From IMG/VR virus record IMGVR_UViG_3300008116_000125, positions 7,713 through 71,712 of that record: a stretch of 64,000 nt of DNA, one strand, 5' to 3'. Below are positions 62,798 to 64,000 of this stretch, in pieces. The first letter of the stretch is position 1. Each line of letters begins with the position of its first letter. Source of the stretch: a virus. Under the pieces are notes generated by a model, which was not told the origin of the DNA, ran no database searches, and saw only the letters and a program-made list of their open reading frames with translations. A program made the translations under genes and the position numbers.

Positions 62798-63786
62798 TAC
62801 GCCGCCTTACCCCAGACATCATCCCACTTACCGGTTAATGCTCCTTTAGCGTAATCGGTAACTCTATTCTCAAAGAAGTTACCATGAATAGGTGCGTTAA
62901 TCATTTCTTCAACCCATGGTAACGGATTACGTTTAACCTTAAAAATACCTTTCATACCCATAGAAATTAATCTTCTATCGGCAATGTATCTGATATATTG
63001 TTTTACTTGTTCTGGTGTTAGGTTTTCCATTGGTCCTATTTTAAACGCAAGATCAATAAACTTATCTTCTAGTTCAACCATTCTCTCTGCAATGGTGTAG
63101 ATCTTTGATTTAAGACTGTCGTTCCACACTTCAGGGTTCTCGTTGATAAAGGTCTTAAATAGCTTGAGCATATTTTCGGTGTGCATGGTTTCATCAACAA
63201 TTGACCAAGTAATAATCTGTCCCATACCTTTCATCTTTCCATGTCTAGGAAAGTTAAGTAACATAATAAACGATGAAAATAATTGCATACCTTCTGTAAA
63301 GGCTGAAAACACTGCGATGTGGGTAGCAGTATTTTCTTTTGTAGAATTTTTAGCAGAGATGTCCAGTACATACTCATGCTTTTCTCTCATTTCCTGATAC
63401 TCTAAAAACTCATTGTACATTGTATCGGGTAGTCCTAGAGTTTCAATTAAGTGTGAGTATGCTGCAATATGTAGTGCTTCCCTTGCGGCAAACCCCATAA
63501 GCATCATTCTTACTTCAGGTTGAGGAAAATATGGTAAATAGTTTTTAACGTATCCTCCAGCAACATCGATATCTCCTTGAGTGAAGAATCTAAAAATATT
63601 AGTAAGGAATGTTTTTTCTGGTTGAGTTAGTTTTTTGTTCCAGTCTTTTACATCTTCAAGCATTGGTACTTCGGTATGAAGCCAGTGCGACTGTTCGTGC
63701 TTTAACCACGCTTCATAAGCCCATGGGTAGGCAAATGGTTTAAAAAATGTTCTCTCGTCTGTTAGTCTCTGTTTTTCTTTTGACAT
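62797..63786 (-). CDS. nrdB: Ribonucleotide reductase class Ia beta subunit
   Basis: FFTQGD, EALHIAAYS, EGMQLFSSF, DETMH, NFFENRVTDY. Confidence 0.96.
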   Translation of the reverse strand: MSKEKQRLTDERTFFKPFAYPWAYEAWLKHEQSHWLHTEVPMLEDVKDWNKKLTQPEKTFLTNIFRFFTQGDIDVAGGYVKNYLPYFPQPEVRMMLMGFAAREALHIAAYSHLIETLGLPDTMYNEFLEYQEMREKHEYVLDISAKNSTKENTATHIAVFSAFTEGMQLFSSFIMLLNFPRHGKMKGMGQIITWSIVDETMHTENMLKLFKTFINENPEVWNDSLKSKIYTIAERMVELEDKFIDLAFKIGPMENLTPEQVKQYIRYIADRRLISMGMKGIFKVKRNPLPWVEEMINAPIHGNFFENRVTDYAKGALTGKWDDVWGKAA

Positions 63787-64000
63787 TTATCCCTCGCAAG
63801 CTAGACATGCATCTCCGTCAATAAGAGCCTTCATGTCGATTTCTTTGATTACTTCTCTCTCTATTCTTTTTGCAACCTTATCTGCTTTCGCTAATTTTTC
63901 TGAACGACAATAGTAAAGAGTTTTCAAGCCTTGTTTCCATGCTTGAAAATGTACTGCGTGAAGATACTTAATGTTTACGTCCGGTCTAAAAAAGAGGTTA
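63787..64000 (-). CDS. nrdA: Ribonucleotide reductase alpha subunit, C-terminal end only
   Basis: Manual translation: NLFFRPDV...AWKQGLKTLYYCRS...DACLACEG* (YY pair and C-terminal CxxC). Confidence 0.93.
   Translation of the reverse strand, partial: NLFFRPDVNIKYLHAVHFQAWKQGLKTLYYCRSEKLAKADKVAKRIEREVIKEIDMKALIDGDACLACEG

Overview
This AT-rich window is a 64 kb stretch of a large T4-like myovirus genome, probably infecting a Gram-negative host. From left to right it holds the packaging and neck genes (gp17 partial, gp16, gp15, gp14, gp13), a large fibre/adhesin region with collagen-like proteins, and the baseplate block (DUF4815/VrlC-like, gp8, gp7, gp6, gp25, PAAR, gp5, hub, gp53, gp48). A + strand block follows (gp4, gp2, tube-family protein, gp26/gp51, two tape-measure-like proteins). 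The rest covers replication and late-transcription genes (gp32, gp59, gp33, RNase H, RuvC-like), phoH, a sugar-nucleotide/heptose cluster, dCMP deaminase, isocitrate lyase and nrdB/nrdA (partial). Main observations: (1) an animal-like collagen modification kit (COLGALT-type GT25, PLOD-type glycosyltransferase/lysyl hydroxylase, a second 2OG-Fe(II) oxygenase, and GalE elsewhere) beside a Gly-X-Lys-rich collagen fibre; (2) a candidate lambda G/GT-style -1 frameshift joining gp26 to a start-less gp51 ORF, with a slippery heptamer and downstream stem; (3) a 20-bp tandem duplication that breaks one of two paralogous beta-propeller adhesins; (4) a type-1-copper-like domain inside the fibre; (5) a phage-borne aceA. 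Several local indels may be assembly artefacts. All calls come from reading motifs by eye; no database searches were run.
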